The notes under the pieces: generated by a model
Database searches by the model: none
Told to the model about the DNA's origin: nothing
What the model saw: only the letters and a program-made list of their open reading frames with translations
Made by a program: the position numbers and the translations under genes
Assembly (NCBI GenBank): GCA_010405405.1
Contig: MU004243.1
Coordinates: 925,340-989,339, forward strand
DNA: 64,000 nucleotides
Direction: 5' to 3'
DNA from: Microthyrium microscopicum
Lineage: Eukaryota
Part shown: piece after piece, positions 27,319 to 40,052 of the stretch
How positions within the stretch are numbered: the stretch's first letter is position 1
Layout of the letters: each line of letters begins with the position of its first letter

Positions 27319-28914
27319 ATGTCTTTCTCATTTGCCGCTCTGACGATCGTGGCTGCTTACGCTTTTTTAAAGATAGCTGAGCATTTTATCAAACATGAAA
27401 AGAGTGAGCCTGCGGTTGTGTGGCCACGTATCCCATTTTTTGGGCATCTTATTGGAATGTTACAGGATGGAAATGCGTACTATACAACACTTTCGTAAGT
27501 ATCAATCACGTACAGTTGAATTCAATCTAATGAAATTAGTAACCGATGCAAAAAGCCGATTTTCACAGTTCCATTCATGCATACCAAGTTTTACATAGTA
27601 AATTCGCCTGCTATGATTAGTCTAGTGCAACGAAATTCAAAAACTCTAATTGGTGATTTCTTCTTCTTGGAATTTCTCGACCGTCTGTCCAACCCTGATA
27701 AGGACACCATGAACGCCATGAAGTATGGCTGGGATAGTCTAGACGAAGAAGCTCGCGAAAAGAACATATGGACTCCAGTCGACAAAGCTCAACATGCCAT
27801 ACTCGGTTATGGAACCCACTTGGACGATCTCACTGTCGTACAACTCAATGCTGTTTCAGAGTTGATAACTTCCATTCCTAATGGCTCTTGTTTGAATTTG
27901 TTCAGCTGGATTCGTGAAACAATTACGACCACGAACATGTATTCCATATTCGGACGAAACAACATTTTTGCTTCATCGCCGGAGTTGAAAGAAAGATGGC
28001 GTGAATACGATGAAGGTTTGGAAATGTTGATTGCCAAAGTATATCCATCCATCACTGCAAGGAAAGCTTATAATGCTCGACAAGAACTTCAAGATGCTCT
28101 AGTTGAGTGGGTCAATCGAGGACATCATCATCAGGCATCACTTGTTGTTAGAGAAAACATCAGAATTCTCAATGAAAGAGGAGTGCCACTCGAAGAATGC
28201 GCCAAAATGCAGCTTCTCATGATGTTTGCGGCTTTGATGAACACCAATCCGACTTCCTTTTGGACGATTCAATATCTGTATTCTCATCCGGAAATTCTTG
28301 AAAAGTTTCGCGAAGAATTGCAAAGTTCAAATGCTATCAGAATGGACGGCAACATTGGGATCATCAGTGTTAATGGTTTACGCAAGGAATGCCCACTCAT
28401 CATATCTATTCTCAAGGAAGTCTTGCGAACCATTGCTCCAAGTCTGACTTGTCGATACGTGTTGGAGGACACATGGCTCTCCAATGACATTCTATTCAAG
28501 AAAGGTCACTTGGTTCGTCTGGAAGGTGCAGCTGTGCATAAAGATCCCGATGTCTGGGGGCCAGATGTCCACGAATTCAACCCATATCGATTCTACAAAT
28601 CAGGGAACGGGACTATCAACACCGCCGACGAAGAACCGCCCAAACAAGTACATCCTGCTAGTTTTCGTGGATTTGGCGGAGGCAAAGGCATATGCCCGGG
28701 TCGACTTTTTGCTCAAGGTGAAATCATTGGAATTTCGGCCATGCTAGCACTTTCCTTCGATTTAGTTCCCGCAGAAGGAGGAGATATTCTACCAACACCA
28801 CTGCGGCAGAAATCTATGCTACAGCTTAGTGTGCATAATCCCAAAGTTGACATTCCAGTTTTTTTCAGGCGAAGAAAGGGTATGGAGAACATTATTTGGA
28901 AGTTTGAGGCTTAG
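27319..28914 (+). CDS. Cytochrome P450 (CYP7/8-like clan)
   Basis: N-terminal TM then PRIPFFGHLIG. Intron 27495-27539. ExxR (EVLR), FNPYRF and heme motif FGGGKGICPG. Confidence 0.93.
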
Positions 28915-29031
28915 ATTTAATGGCATTAGACGGTAATACTGGTAAGGGTATATCATGGGTCAATTAGAAGGATTGTTTGGCTAAAAATTTACAACTTCTC
29001 TGTTACTTTGGAATGAAATCGAAAATAATAA

Positions 29032-30098
29032 TTATACGATGGCGTCGGGAAGACCACTTTTCTCTCCATGGTATGACTTGAACAAAGGCTCCCATACAGT
29101 GGTTGCTCTTTGCGAGTATCTTCCGTTTAGGTATTCCGGCTTCTTTACTTGGACATAAGTGTCCACTGAAGAAGCTTCAATAGCTTGACCAGCCAGACTT
29201 GGGTCATCAAGCGCTTTCTGATAGCCTCCTACGATTGTGCTCACTGGAGTCAAACACTCGGGAGAAACGGCAGCTACCATCTCCGGAGGAATCTGGCCAG
29301 CTTGTTAGTCAAAAATTATCTCTAGAGTTGGTTTTACACGAGACGATACTGACAATATTTGTGGCCACGATTCCGGGTAACACTCCTGATATGGATATGT
29401 TCTCTTTTGCCTTCAAGATTCGACCGGTCGCAAAGATCCAATTCAGGACTGCCGCTTTTGCGCCGTCATACTCTGGATAACTCTCGTGGGGATAAATTGA
29501 TGCCACGCTGACAGTGCATATAATGTTCCCTCCAGGTGTTGGATTCCTCCTCATGAAGTGAATTGCAAGCTGAGTTCCATAGACCAGACCTTTGTAGTCC
29601 ACGTCGGTGCAGCTTAGATCCGGTGCTGGTGGAATTCTGAGTGAAGTGAGTAAGAAGGAAGTCCACATTGTGTACTTTGACGTACGTGTCCTTGCCCCTG
29701 TGATTGAAAATGTATACGGAACTATCCATTTCCATTAGCACTTTATGTCGACGGATGATGACTCGGTCTAACCTCCTGTCTACGATGCCCGCATTGGCGC
29801 ATAGGAGGTCAATTCGACCCCATTTGTCAAAGACAGCTTGAAATGTTTTGGCTTGGCTGTCATAGTCGGCAACGTCGGTTTGGAAAAATTGTGCCTTATC
29901 CCCTAGCTCCTCTGACAATGTTATATTTGGTTGGATATCGGCCATCGCAATATTCCAGCCCTTGGACACGAAGTGCCTCGCCAGGCCTTCTCCCACTCCT
30001 GACTATTTGGCTGTTTAGCATTTGAAAGATAGCTTCATGTATGGAAGAATGCTTACAGATGCCCCAGTTACAATTGCAACCTTATTTGAAGACATCAT
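29032..30098 (-). CDS. Short-chain dehydrogenase/reductase
   Basis: Spliced VAIVTGASSGVG, NAG and catalytic YDGAK (YxxxK). Multi-exon. Confidence 0.9.
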
Positions 30099-30594
30099 GA
30101 TTATAGATACCCAACTATGCAGCAGAGAAGGAACTGTATGATTGATATACTCCTGGAGTTTGAGTGATGAGGAGTTGTGAAAGAAAGAAGAGGCATAAGC
30201 AATGTTTGGTCGGAGTTCGTCTACCGAGCAGGCAAAAACAGAACACATCAAAGTTGTAGCTTGAAATCCTAGCTAAGCACTCGTGATCGACGAGAGACAC
30301 CTCAATTAGTAAAAAGGAAGCTTAGCTTGCTTAGGCAAGGAAGAATTGAATGTCCCCGAAATAATCTAATCGGTCTCATCTTGTGGAAGTCGTCATTAAA
30401 GTTGTCAACCAAGTATCTGTATCTCCTCAACCTAAAGCTGCCAAAATTGAGCACCGCCTCGCCTAGATGGCAAAAATTTAATTCAAGCGTCCGATGGACT
30501 GTTTTCAGCTGGTTGACCTTGTGTAAGTAAATTTCCTACTAGTACGAAGCCTTGCAAATACTTCACTGGTCACCCAAGGGGCGTGGAAGGTGGC

Positions 30595-31178
30595 TCACAA
30601 GCCGTTCACAATAACTAAAAGAGCCGCAAGTCCAGAGGCCCATCCAAGCCCATAGCCAACATATCGAACTTTGTGTTTCAAGTCCCAGTCTTTGATCAAT
30701 TTGGTGGAATCGGCTTCTTCTTGCGTGGTCAACTCGGTCTTCTCATCCAACTTTAATAAAGCCGTATTCGTAGGCATTATCGCAGCAACGGTCCAAGGAA
30801 TAATGCTGATTGAGGAAATGGCTGAGGCAATACTAAGGTTGCGAACTAACTTGTCTGAAGTGGTAAAAGCTGCAAATGTATGCAGAGCTGCTGTCAATAT
30901 CGTACCACTAACGATATAAGGCTGTCCACTGATTAGCACTATCTCGACCCACGTCGGAAGAGTATAAATACCGTAGCGGCTTTGAAAAATAACGCCCAGA
31001 CGCGGACTTTGTCTTTTTTGGTCAATCCACTGGTTCCGAGCTGTTCTGTGATTATGGGAAGAGGACCGATAAGCGACAGGCCAATGTTGCCAAACAGGAG
31101 TGGTGTTGTGACGAAGAATCCGATGCCGATTGGCCATGCGGCGAGAGGAATGGAGGAGAACTGCGGTAGAGAAGCCAT
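30595..31178 (-). CDS. DUF1772 (anthrone oxygenase-like) membrane protein
   Basis: Two exons with hydrophobic helices. IPWTVAAIMPTNTALL and LIKDWDLKHKVR match the DUF1772 pattern. Confidence 0.75.
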
Positions 31179-31566
31179 TCGACGTTGCGAAGGGAATTAT
31201 TGAGTTACTGACACAATGTATGTCTTGATCTTGAGAGATAGCAAGTGAAGCTGAAGCAAGAGTTCTTATGCACGAACAACATTGAAATATGGCGCTAGTT
31301 CACGCCTCGAAGCTAAAAATAAAGATTTGAGGTCCACTTTTCTTTGAGTCAGCATATTAATCATCAATCGCAGCTTCCTTATTTCTGCTTCAATAATATC
31401 CATTTGATTTTCAAACTTTATTTTCATCTCGCGAGAAATTGGGTGAGACTTGTCGATCCTTATCATACAAATACTGCGACATGACTTCGTCTGCGGAGAT
31501 GATTCCATTAAGCTTCCGAGCTTGAACAGGTAAGCAGAAAATAGATGGACTCGAAAAGATACATTT

Positions 31567-32586
31567 TCAAGGCCCCTTCACAGCGAAAGGACCTCCAGCA
31601 TCAAGCTCAATCCTCAGCGAATCTGTCATTTTAAACGCATTCTCAAATCCATAAACATCCGTCCCAGCAATGACATCCTGGAATTTCCCATTCGTCTTGT
31701 TCCCACAGTACTCCGCCATGGCAGTAAGTATCGCCTTGAGCGCTGTATACGGATTATTCGGATTCACCGCTAATGTGGCCGCCGCAATGGCCTGCGCCGA
31801 AATGTTGTTGCCTGGCGAAGCAGCGATCTGATATGCTTCCGTGCAGGTTTGCTCCAAATCAAGAACGTACGCTTTTGAGATTTCTACATCTTTGCGGTTT
31901 CCGGAGCGGGTTAAGTGGCCGGTGACAATGACATCAAAGTCGTAGGCGAGCGCTTGGTCGTGCGCTTTGATGTAGCCGGCGACGTTCTCTGTTGCGCCTA
32001 GAGCGGAGTAGGGAACCCAGCCTGGGAAGATTATATCGATTAGGATGAGGACTTTTTGGACTGGTGCGTAGATGAAGATGTTGCCTGGGTGGTGGTTGTG
32101 GCCTTCGTACTTCAATTCCAGTGTTTGGTTACCAACAGTAAGCGTGTATGCGTCTGCAAAGATTTCATCGGGCAGAGGGCGGTTGGCATCTGGTGTGTCC
32201 TCGAGGTAGACTTTAGTGAGATAATGAGCAATTCTCTTGACTCCGGAGGGCAAGATTCCAGATCCGCCGATATGGTCTGTATGCGAATGGCTGTAGACTT
32301 GGTGAGTTATTGGCTGGTCTGTGATGTTGCCTATGGCGTAGAGGAGGTTATATCCGATTGTTGGCGGCGCGTCGACAACTATGACTCCTTTGTCAGATAC
32401 GAAGAACATTGCTTGATACTGGTTATTGGTGACCATGTATGCTCCTTTTCCGTAGGATTCCACTCGATAGCCGGCAGCGTTCAGAGGAGGCCCAACTGCT
32501 TGGCTTGGGACTGGAAGATATGTATTGACTGGATCAGCCAACGCCGAAGCTGATAGAAGCCATAAGATTGAAAATGACTTGAACAT
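31567..32586 (-). CDS. Secreted metallo-beta-lactamase-fold hydrolase
   Basis: Signal peptide; VVDAP, HSHTDH (HxHxDH), HHPG, IDII and TGH metal-ligand motifs. Intronless. Confidence 0.87.
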   Translation of the reverse strand: MFKSFSILWLLSASALADPVNTYLPVPSQAVGPPLNAAGYRVESYGKGAYMVTNNQYQAMFFVSDKGVIVVDAPPTIGYNLLYAIGNITDQPITHQVYSHSHTDHIGGSGILPSGVKRIAHYLTKVYLEDTPDANRPLPDEIFADAYTLTVGNQTLELKYEGHNHHPGNIFIYAPVQKVLILIDIIFPGWVPYSALGATENVAGYIKAHDQALAYDFDVIVTGHLTRSGNRKDVEISKAYVLDLEQTCTEAYQIAASPGNNISAQAIAAATLAVNPNNPYTALKAILTAMAEYCGNKTNGKFQDVIAGTDVYGFENAFKMTDSLRIELDAGGPFAVKGP

Positions 32587-33360
32587 CGTACAGGCTTGAG
32601 TTCCACTTGCTAAGGATTTGACGAGCCGTGGTTAATGTTTCGCTGATATGGTATTCTCGTCAACCCAAATTCGATGGTATTGAAAATGGCAGCAGACATC
32701 TTGGAATATCAATTCAGAGAGTCTGAATATATATATGAACGAATTTCAAGCTCTACCTTAGTGTACATGATCAATCAACACCAGAAATTCATAGATGTCC
32801 AGAAAGCAAAGAAACTAATATGCGTAATCTTGGAAGCGCTGACAAAGTTTCTATATTCCTGGTCCGCAGAAGTTATACCTGGTCCGCACGCTAACTTCCG
32901 TATATTCTCTTTTAGGTATAGTTTTGAACGTATCAAGGACAAAATCTACTACTGCACCCTTTGGCCCAGATTACTAAATATGTGCCGCGGTGAATAATCA
33001 ACCAGGTCTAGTGTTTTATTCCCGATTAGCTGCATCCATTGCTCAAGAACTTTGCGGGTTTGACCTTGCAACTCCTTAGTTCAGCTAGTACGTGCCTCAC
33101 TAGATGGCAAGATTCAGACTGTATACAATGAATCCAGTGTTCGCATGGTATGGGATGAAGTCATAGTTCTCCCAGGTAGAATGAAGTGGCGAACAATTCC
33201 GATGAATCAGCATGCTTAGAACAGCTTGTAATCATAGACCATCTTGCTAATACAAGATTGTTTCTGTACTTAGAGCCATGACTCTGCATATGATACTTGC
33301 TGTCACAAACTAGGAGATCAAAATCTCCAGTTCTTCTCTCGCAAAGAATAAATATTTAAA

Positions 33361-34541
33361 ATGGCCAAAACGATGCGAGTGATAGGTAAGACTCTACAAA
33401 AGGGTGGTCGAACATCACGCAGCTACGCTGACTTCCATACTTCAGATATCAAGAACGATGTTGGCACGGCAAACTCTCTATACTTTACAGATGTGTCCAG
33501 ACCTGTCCCCAGTCCGACACAAGCTCTCGTACGCGTCAAAGCGTTTGGCATAAATCGGGTGGATATCATGCAACGCGATGGGCAATATCCAGTTCCGCCA
33601 CAAGCGGGCAAGATCATGGGCGTGGAGTTTTCTGGAATCATCGCAGAACTGGGAGAAGAGCATGAGACTTCTTTCAAAATTGGCGACGAAGTTTTCGGTC
33701 TCGCTTATGGGGGTAAGTAAACTCAGTGCCATAGCTCAGCATGGGAAAGTTGATGTGGGATCTAATGTTTTCAAGGTGCTTATGCAGAATACGTCGCGGT
33801 CTCCACGCATATGCTTATCCATAAGCCAGCAAATTTGTCGTGGGAAGAATGTGCAGGCGTCCCTGAGGTAACATGCTCCTACTCCGTTCGGATTCCAGAT
33901 TACTTACTCAGCAGACATGGCTCACTGCCGCAAAAGTCATGTATTCGATTGGTGAATTCACCCCAGGCAAATCAATCCTCTGGCACGCTGGCGCATCCGG
34001 CGTATCTATCAGCGGGATCCAACTTGCTCTTGCAAACGGTGCCTCCGCCGTGTATGCCACAGCCCGAAGTGATGCCAAATGTGATTTCTGCATCAAGACA
34101 CTAGGCTGTACGGCCGCTTTCAATACTACGAAACCTGGCTGGGAAGACGAAGTTATGAAAGCCACTGGTGGCAAGGGCGTAGATATCATCGCCGATTTGA
34201 TTGGACCCAGTGTGTTTGCACAGAACTTGAAAATCGCTGCGAGAGATGCTAGGATTGTGTTGATTGGTTTGATGAGTGGGTTTATATTTAAAGAGGAGTT
34301 TGATATGGGGTTGTTGGCGTTCAAGAGAGTCAGATATGAAGGTTCAACTCTGAGAAGTAGAGATGAGCCATTTCAACGGAAGTTAAGAGATACGTTCGTT
34401 GAACATGCGCTGCCAAAGTTCCAAGATGGGGAGTTCAAGGTGTATGTCGAGAAGGTTTTGCCTTGGGATCAGATTGTTGATGCCCATAAGCTCATGGAAA
34501 GCAACAAAATCATGGGGAAGATCATTTGTACGATTCCTTGA
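33361..34541 (+). CDS. NAD(P)H:quinone oxidoreductase, PIG3-type (MDR superfamily)
   Basis: VKAFGINRVD, GVEFSG, spliced YGGAYAEY, WHAGASGVS, GSTLRSR and GKII. Three introns. Confidence 0.9.
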
Positions 34542-35143
34542 GGAATTGCAGACTTACAATGAATATATTTTGTAACGCGTTGGATGATATATAACAGTAA
34601 AGAGTAAAGACGCGTTCAATTAGCAATCAAGTGCTCTTGTTCCGTCTTGATTGATCGGCTGCTGTTGGGGAATTGCTACTGGAAGAAGACTGATCCGGGC
34701 AGTAACGAAAGCTGGAGAAGACAACGAGACGTATGAAGAAATGGACTCAATCTCGACGAAGAGTTTGTCAATTTTTGAAGACTTTATCTTTGATCTTTTA
34801 TTTCGACAAGAAGATGTCCATATCGGACACTAGTCTTTGTTTAGCCTAGCGTCGGATGAGGCTTGACCACATGCAGTGACGTTGAGGTGGAAGCAGCGAC
34901 CTGATTTTGTAAATAATTAATTTCATCCTGACTTGATCATCAACAAAGAAAACATCCTCCAACCACAAACTTTCCACCCTTTGAAGTTTCACCGCCAAAA
35001 CTTCTACCCGATAACGCATGCGGACTTTACATTTACTTGCTAAAGGTCTCCACATTGGTTATCATAATCCAGCTCAAGCGCTTCAGTTAGCTAAACCTCC
35101 TTTTCTCTCTCTTGTTTATCGTAAAACTTGCACCCAGTCCATC

Positions 35144-37055
35144 ATGCCGCCTCATCGTACCGCCATGTCTACTCAACAGACACCCGCAAAACCTGCCGTA
35201 GAAGCGACTGCGCAAACCTTTGCCAGCCTAGGCAACCGTCTCAACGCTCAATTGCTGAGTGCGGTAACCCAGGATCTGGGCTACGAGTAAGCATCCGATC
35301 TCTACTCCTAGGCACGCCAACCTGCCGGATTTGAGAGCTTGTAATCTGACATGATCTAGGCATATGACCCCAGTCCAGCAAAAAGTCTTGACACAACTTC
35401 CTTCCAACTCCAGCGACTGCCTTGTACAAGCCAAAACCGGCACTGGCAAGACCATCGCATTCCTTCTTCCTGCGCTTCAATCCCTACTCTCAGGCAAGGC
35501 TTTCCCTCATGGACAAGTCGCGATCCTTATTATGGCTCCGACGAGAGAGCTTGCGCTTCAAATCGCTGCCGAATGCGATGGTCTCACTGCTAAGCTCACT
35601 CCTCGATTCGAATGTCATACTGCATTCGGCGGTACTGCTCGTGGTTCCAACCTCAACAAGTTCTTGCGTGGAAACCCTACAGTTCTTGTTGCGACACCTG
35701 GGCGTTTGAATGATATTCTTGGAGAGGAACGTGTTCGCGAAAAGTTCGAAGATATACGTACATTGATTCTTGACGAAGCTGATCGCATGTTGGATTCAGG
35801 CTTTCTTGGCGACGTTAAGAATGCGCTCAAGAGACTTCCTCCTAAGAGCACTGGGTGGCAAGGGATGTGCTTTTCAGCAACCATTCCACCATCACTGAAA
35901 GATGTGGTGAGCACCGTTCTGTACCCGGGATACACTCATCTCTCTACTGTTGACGAAAATGACGTTCCAACGATCGCTAGTGTCCCTCAGTATGTCGTTG
36001 TCGTCCCTGAGGTTAAAGATATATTCACTTCTCTCTTCGCCCTGATCAAGCGAGAATACGCAGCAAATCCCAACAACTTCAAGACCATCGTATTTGGAAC
36101 TACAGCGAATGGTGTAGCGCTTCTGAATGCCCTGTTCGAGGCAGCGGCATCCAACATCTCTCCAAATCTCAAGATCTTCCAGCTTCAATCTCGGCTAAAC
36201 CAAAATATTCGAACTCGCACTACCAATGAATTCAGAGATTGCACTTCCGGAGTACTCTTCGCCTCTGACGTTGTCGGCCGCGGCATGGATTTCCCCAATG
36301 TCGGACTCGTTATCCAACTAGGTCTTCCATCAAACGCAGAGCAATACATCCACCGCGTAGGCCGAACTGCCCGCGCTGGCAACGATGGCCGCGCAGTCAT
36401 CGTTCTCACTGAAGCAGAATCTTACTTTGCCCGCATCAACAAAAAGCTCGCCATCATCCCTTACCCAACCAACATCCAAGCAGAAGCAGCTGAATCAGCA
36501 ACTGCAGTGTCATCTGCGTTTGACTCAGTCGACATGCTTACGAAAAGCAAAGCCTACCAAGCGTTCTTGGGATTCAACAAGACCTTCATGAAGAATCTAC
36601 GAACTGACAATGGCGGACTTGTCGCTATGGCGAACGAATATGCCGAGGCTATGCAATGCCCCGAGCAGCCCATGATTGACAAGAAGATCGTGGGCAAAAT
36701 GGGCTTCAAGGGCGTTCGTGGTCTTCGCGTCGGCACGGTCGAGAGAGCACCTGCGCCAGCTAGAGGACCCGGACGAGGCGGCAATGCCACACCTGGCCCA
36801 GGTAGAGGTGCAAACCCAGGCGTAAATGCGGGAACTGGTCCACCTAGAGCCAGCAATGGCGGCTTGGGCCAAGGTAGAGGCAGCAATTCCGGAATGGGAG
36901 GATCTGCTGGCAAGCGCAAGCAAGAGAACTTTGACAGTGATCAAGATACCGAACGGTTCAATCCTCGCACCCAGGGACGAGGTCGTGGCGGACAACGTCG
37001 AGGTGGTGGAGGCCGTGGTGGAGGACGTGGAGGGCAGATGGAAATGCCATGGTGA
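35144..37055 (+). CDS. DEAD-box RNA helicase, Mss116/CYT-19-like, with RG/RGG tail
   Basis: Intron 35287-35359. Q motif GYEHMTPVQ, AKTGTGKT, PTRELA, TPGRL, DEAD, SAT, RGMDF and HRVGRTAR. Confidence 0.92.
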
Positions 37056-37538
37056 TGCATGAATTCACGTTGATATGAAGAAAAGTTTCTGTTATGTTTC
37101 TTTCCTAGCATGATACCACTAGAAATTAGACCGATGATGTTATAGACCGTTGTATTAGCTTATGTTGCAAGACTGAGACTATGAAAAGTTTGATTTGAGA
37201 AAGATCGAAATGGTGTCGGATTATGCCATTGACGTTGAATCCTCCTGTGCTTCCGTCTAGTCTCATCTGTTCTATTCTACTCATACTTCTCCCTGTTCTC
37301 TTCCGACCTGCGTCTATAAGCCGCCATCCTCTCTTTCAATTGCTACTGAATAACATGCACATCCTCTTTCCTTGCGCGGCCATAGTATTTGCTTCTTCAC
37401 AGCAGCTCTTAAATAACATTCTTATGTTTATGCGTGATTACAAATGAACATGCAAGCAAGCATGGCTCGTCCCTAGTTCTTAGTTCTTCAACCCATGTTA
37501 TAGAATAAGTATGATTTGCAAGAAGGTTGTAAGCTTTC

Positions 37539-38523
37539 TTATGGCTTGTCAAGAAAATCCAACACCAATTTGTTAAAGCTTTCAGGATTCTCCCAATAGC
37601 ACCAGTGACCACCCCAATCAATCACTACGCCTTGTGCCAATTTCTTCGAGTCTTCTTCTGTCTCGCCATTCACAAAGTCTACCACTGTCATAGGCCCAGC
37701 TGCTGGAAAGCAACCACTGCGGGTGCTAGCTATAACCAAGACCTTTGTAAAACTGCCACTCCCTGGTCCAAAGGTGCTTCGGATACTATCTCGCCAGTCC
37801 AACGCTGTGTGATCGGCCATCAGCTTGCCGAACCACTCCGCATCTCCTCTTCGTGCTTCGCCTAGAAAGAAAGCCTCATCTTCATCCCTCATTGCATGTG
37901 TTACTTCATCCGAGTCACGAGGATGCGATCGATAAGCCAGGCAAATGGCAGTTGTGCCACTATAGACAGTATCAGGAGCGAGAGACAGCGCCATCTGCAT
38001 CGCAGCCACCGCCGGCGCAGAATTCATCCCTCGATTGCAATACCGCGAGTCCCATCCATCCAGTGTCGAGTTCTGGAGCGGGCTTTGATCAACAAAGATC
38101 ATACGCGTAAAATAATTGGTCGTGAAGAGTTCTGCGTAGCACCAGAGAATGGAACAGCCTAAGCTTCCTCCCAAAGCTAGCGCCTTGTACACTTTGAGGT
38201 GCTGGAGCAGTTCTCGTAGGTCCATAGCAAGTCGGCTAACGTGGAAACCGTGCTTGGTCTTATCACTTGCTCCATGGCCGCGTAGATCGGGAGCGATGAC
38301 TCGATATTTTTGGGCAAGTTGCGGAATGTTGCGTTTCCAGACTGCGGATGAGCCGGTGAAGCCGTGTATCTAGGAGGTGTCAATATCTGGAGCAGATGGC
38401 AGTTTACAACCAGCGCACCAGAATCAGAACCTGCGGTTCGATAAAGACGGATGGCCGGTTTGTAGGGACTCCAGTATCGACGTATTTGAGTATGGCACCA
38501 TCGTTCGCTTTGAAGGACTGCAT
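37539..38523 (-). CDS. Alpha/beta hydrolase (non-heme haloperoxidase/arylesterase-like)
   Basis: Exon 1 MQSFKANDG...VLIL, one intron, then IHGFTGSS, PDLRGHG, GGSLG nucleophile elbow and GGHWCYWE. Confidence 0.85.
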
Positions 38524-39335
38524 TGGGCCGTTGGTTCTAGACTCGCTGGGAGGTCTGAGACCAATGCAAGAACACTCATGATCTCATCTTTGGAAGCCAG
38601 TGGTTGAAAGCGGTCACGCCGACCATTTGCTGGTTCCGATATAGGATAGTGGCATGGATAAGCATGGCATGAAGCGGGGACTAAAAAGCTTGATACCTAC
38701 CAAGCTTTCTTAGCCGCATATCATTGCATGCAGCCACGTTCCTGGCAGTATCACAAGTTCACAAACTCGCGAGTGTCCAGCTGGTGTCCAGGCCCAGCTT
38801 GGACTATCGTACGCGTACCTATCTTGCTTATCGCTTTCTCGTCTTCGCCTTGCTTTTTTCCAATGCTTCAGACTTCAATGTATCTCTTTCACTTGTGACG
38901 AACACAAGCTGCGCCAGAAACCAAAGACTTTGAAAACATACATCATTATGACGAACACATTAATCTCAGGAAGGGCTTTGACGTCGTCCATACTAGGCGC
39001 AGCCCTTGCAAATCACAGCCAGCCATGGAACTTCGATGAAGAACTAGAGGCTAGTTGCAGCGGAAACGAGGCATATAACTCGAAGAGATCGTTGCTACTG
39101 GTCTAAGTGTATGACATTGCCGGGTGAGCATCGTACTGCCGTCCAGTGACAGCTAAGGTGCATGATATCACGTCTAGGCAGCTCGCTTAATATGTCTCTT
39201 ATCTTTTGTATAAAGTTACCCCTCCTACCTTGATTTCAAGTTTTCGTCTCTCAAGCTCAATCTCTTTCACTATCCCTACACAACATCAACACTAACACTC
39301 AAATACACAATCCAACCAACGAAACAAATTTCATA

Positions 39336-39618
39336 ATGGGTCTCGAGGATATGATCAAGGAGGGTGAGCAAGCCGTTGACGGCCAAGACTCCTCAAACCA
39401 GCAAGCACAAAGCGGAGCCACCGGTGGCAATGAGTCCAGGAACGATACCATGCTCGACAGCGGTGAGTTGATCCCTTTCCTGTCTGACGAAGAGATTTGA
39501 GCTGATGTGTGATGATTTAATAGCCGTCGATGAGATTGCCTCCAAGGAAGGTGTCTCTGCTGGTCTTGACCCAGAGATCAACAATGTCATCAACAATGAG
39601 GCCAACAAGTTCTTGTAA
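39336..39618 (+). CDS. Small acidic hydrophilic protein, 73 aa, absent from the ORF track
   Basis: Exons 39336-39462 and 39524-39618 (GTGAGT...GCTGAT...TAG). TATAAA near 39209 and an AC-rich leader. Translation: MGLEDMIKEGEQAVDGQDSSNQQAQSGATGGNESRNDTMLDSAVDEIASKEGVSAGLDPEINNVINNEANKFL. Confidence 0.75.
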
Positions 39619-40052
39619 ATGATGATGGATACAAGTGGTTGGCATTGAAATGGCTAGATTTTGGTAGGACACCGTAAGGATCCTATCTGTTCAGGCAAAC
39701 AATGAAGAACGATGACCTTGACTTATTGCTTCTGCTGTGATGATATATGGCCCATGGAACGTGCTTTAAGTGTATTCCTGATTGGACTGAAGGTTGGAAA
39801 GTATGCTTTTTTGGAAATCTGGATATGCCCATCTGAGATTGAGCCGGCTAGGTGACCTTTTCTGCCATAGGTGTGAGCTGCATATTTTCATCCTCGAGCT
39901 CGGCTTTTCCCGCTCGCCGGCCAGAATCTGAGTAATTCTGGTTGATACTGTGGTCCAGGGTGAGCGATGGAAGACTTGACTGGCTGAAGTCAACTCCAAA
40001 CCTGGATGGAATTGGCGCGAGGAGTTTGTGTCGGCATACACAAATGCATTCT

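Noticed and set aside
27319..34541. Anthraquinone (mdp-type) biosynthetic cluster
   Set aside because: No NR-PKS in the window, and the MBL is a secreted type rather than a PKS-releasing thioesterase.
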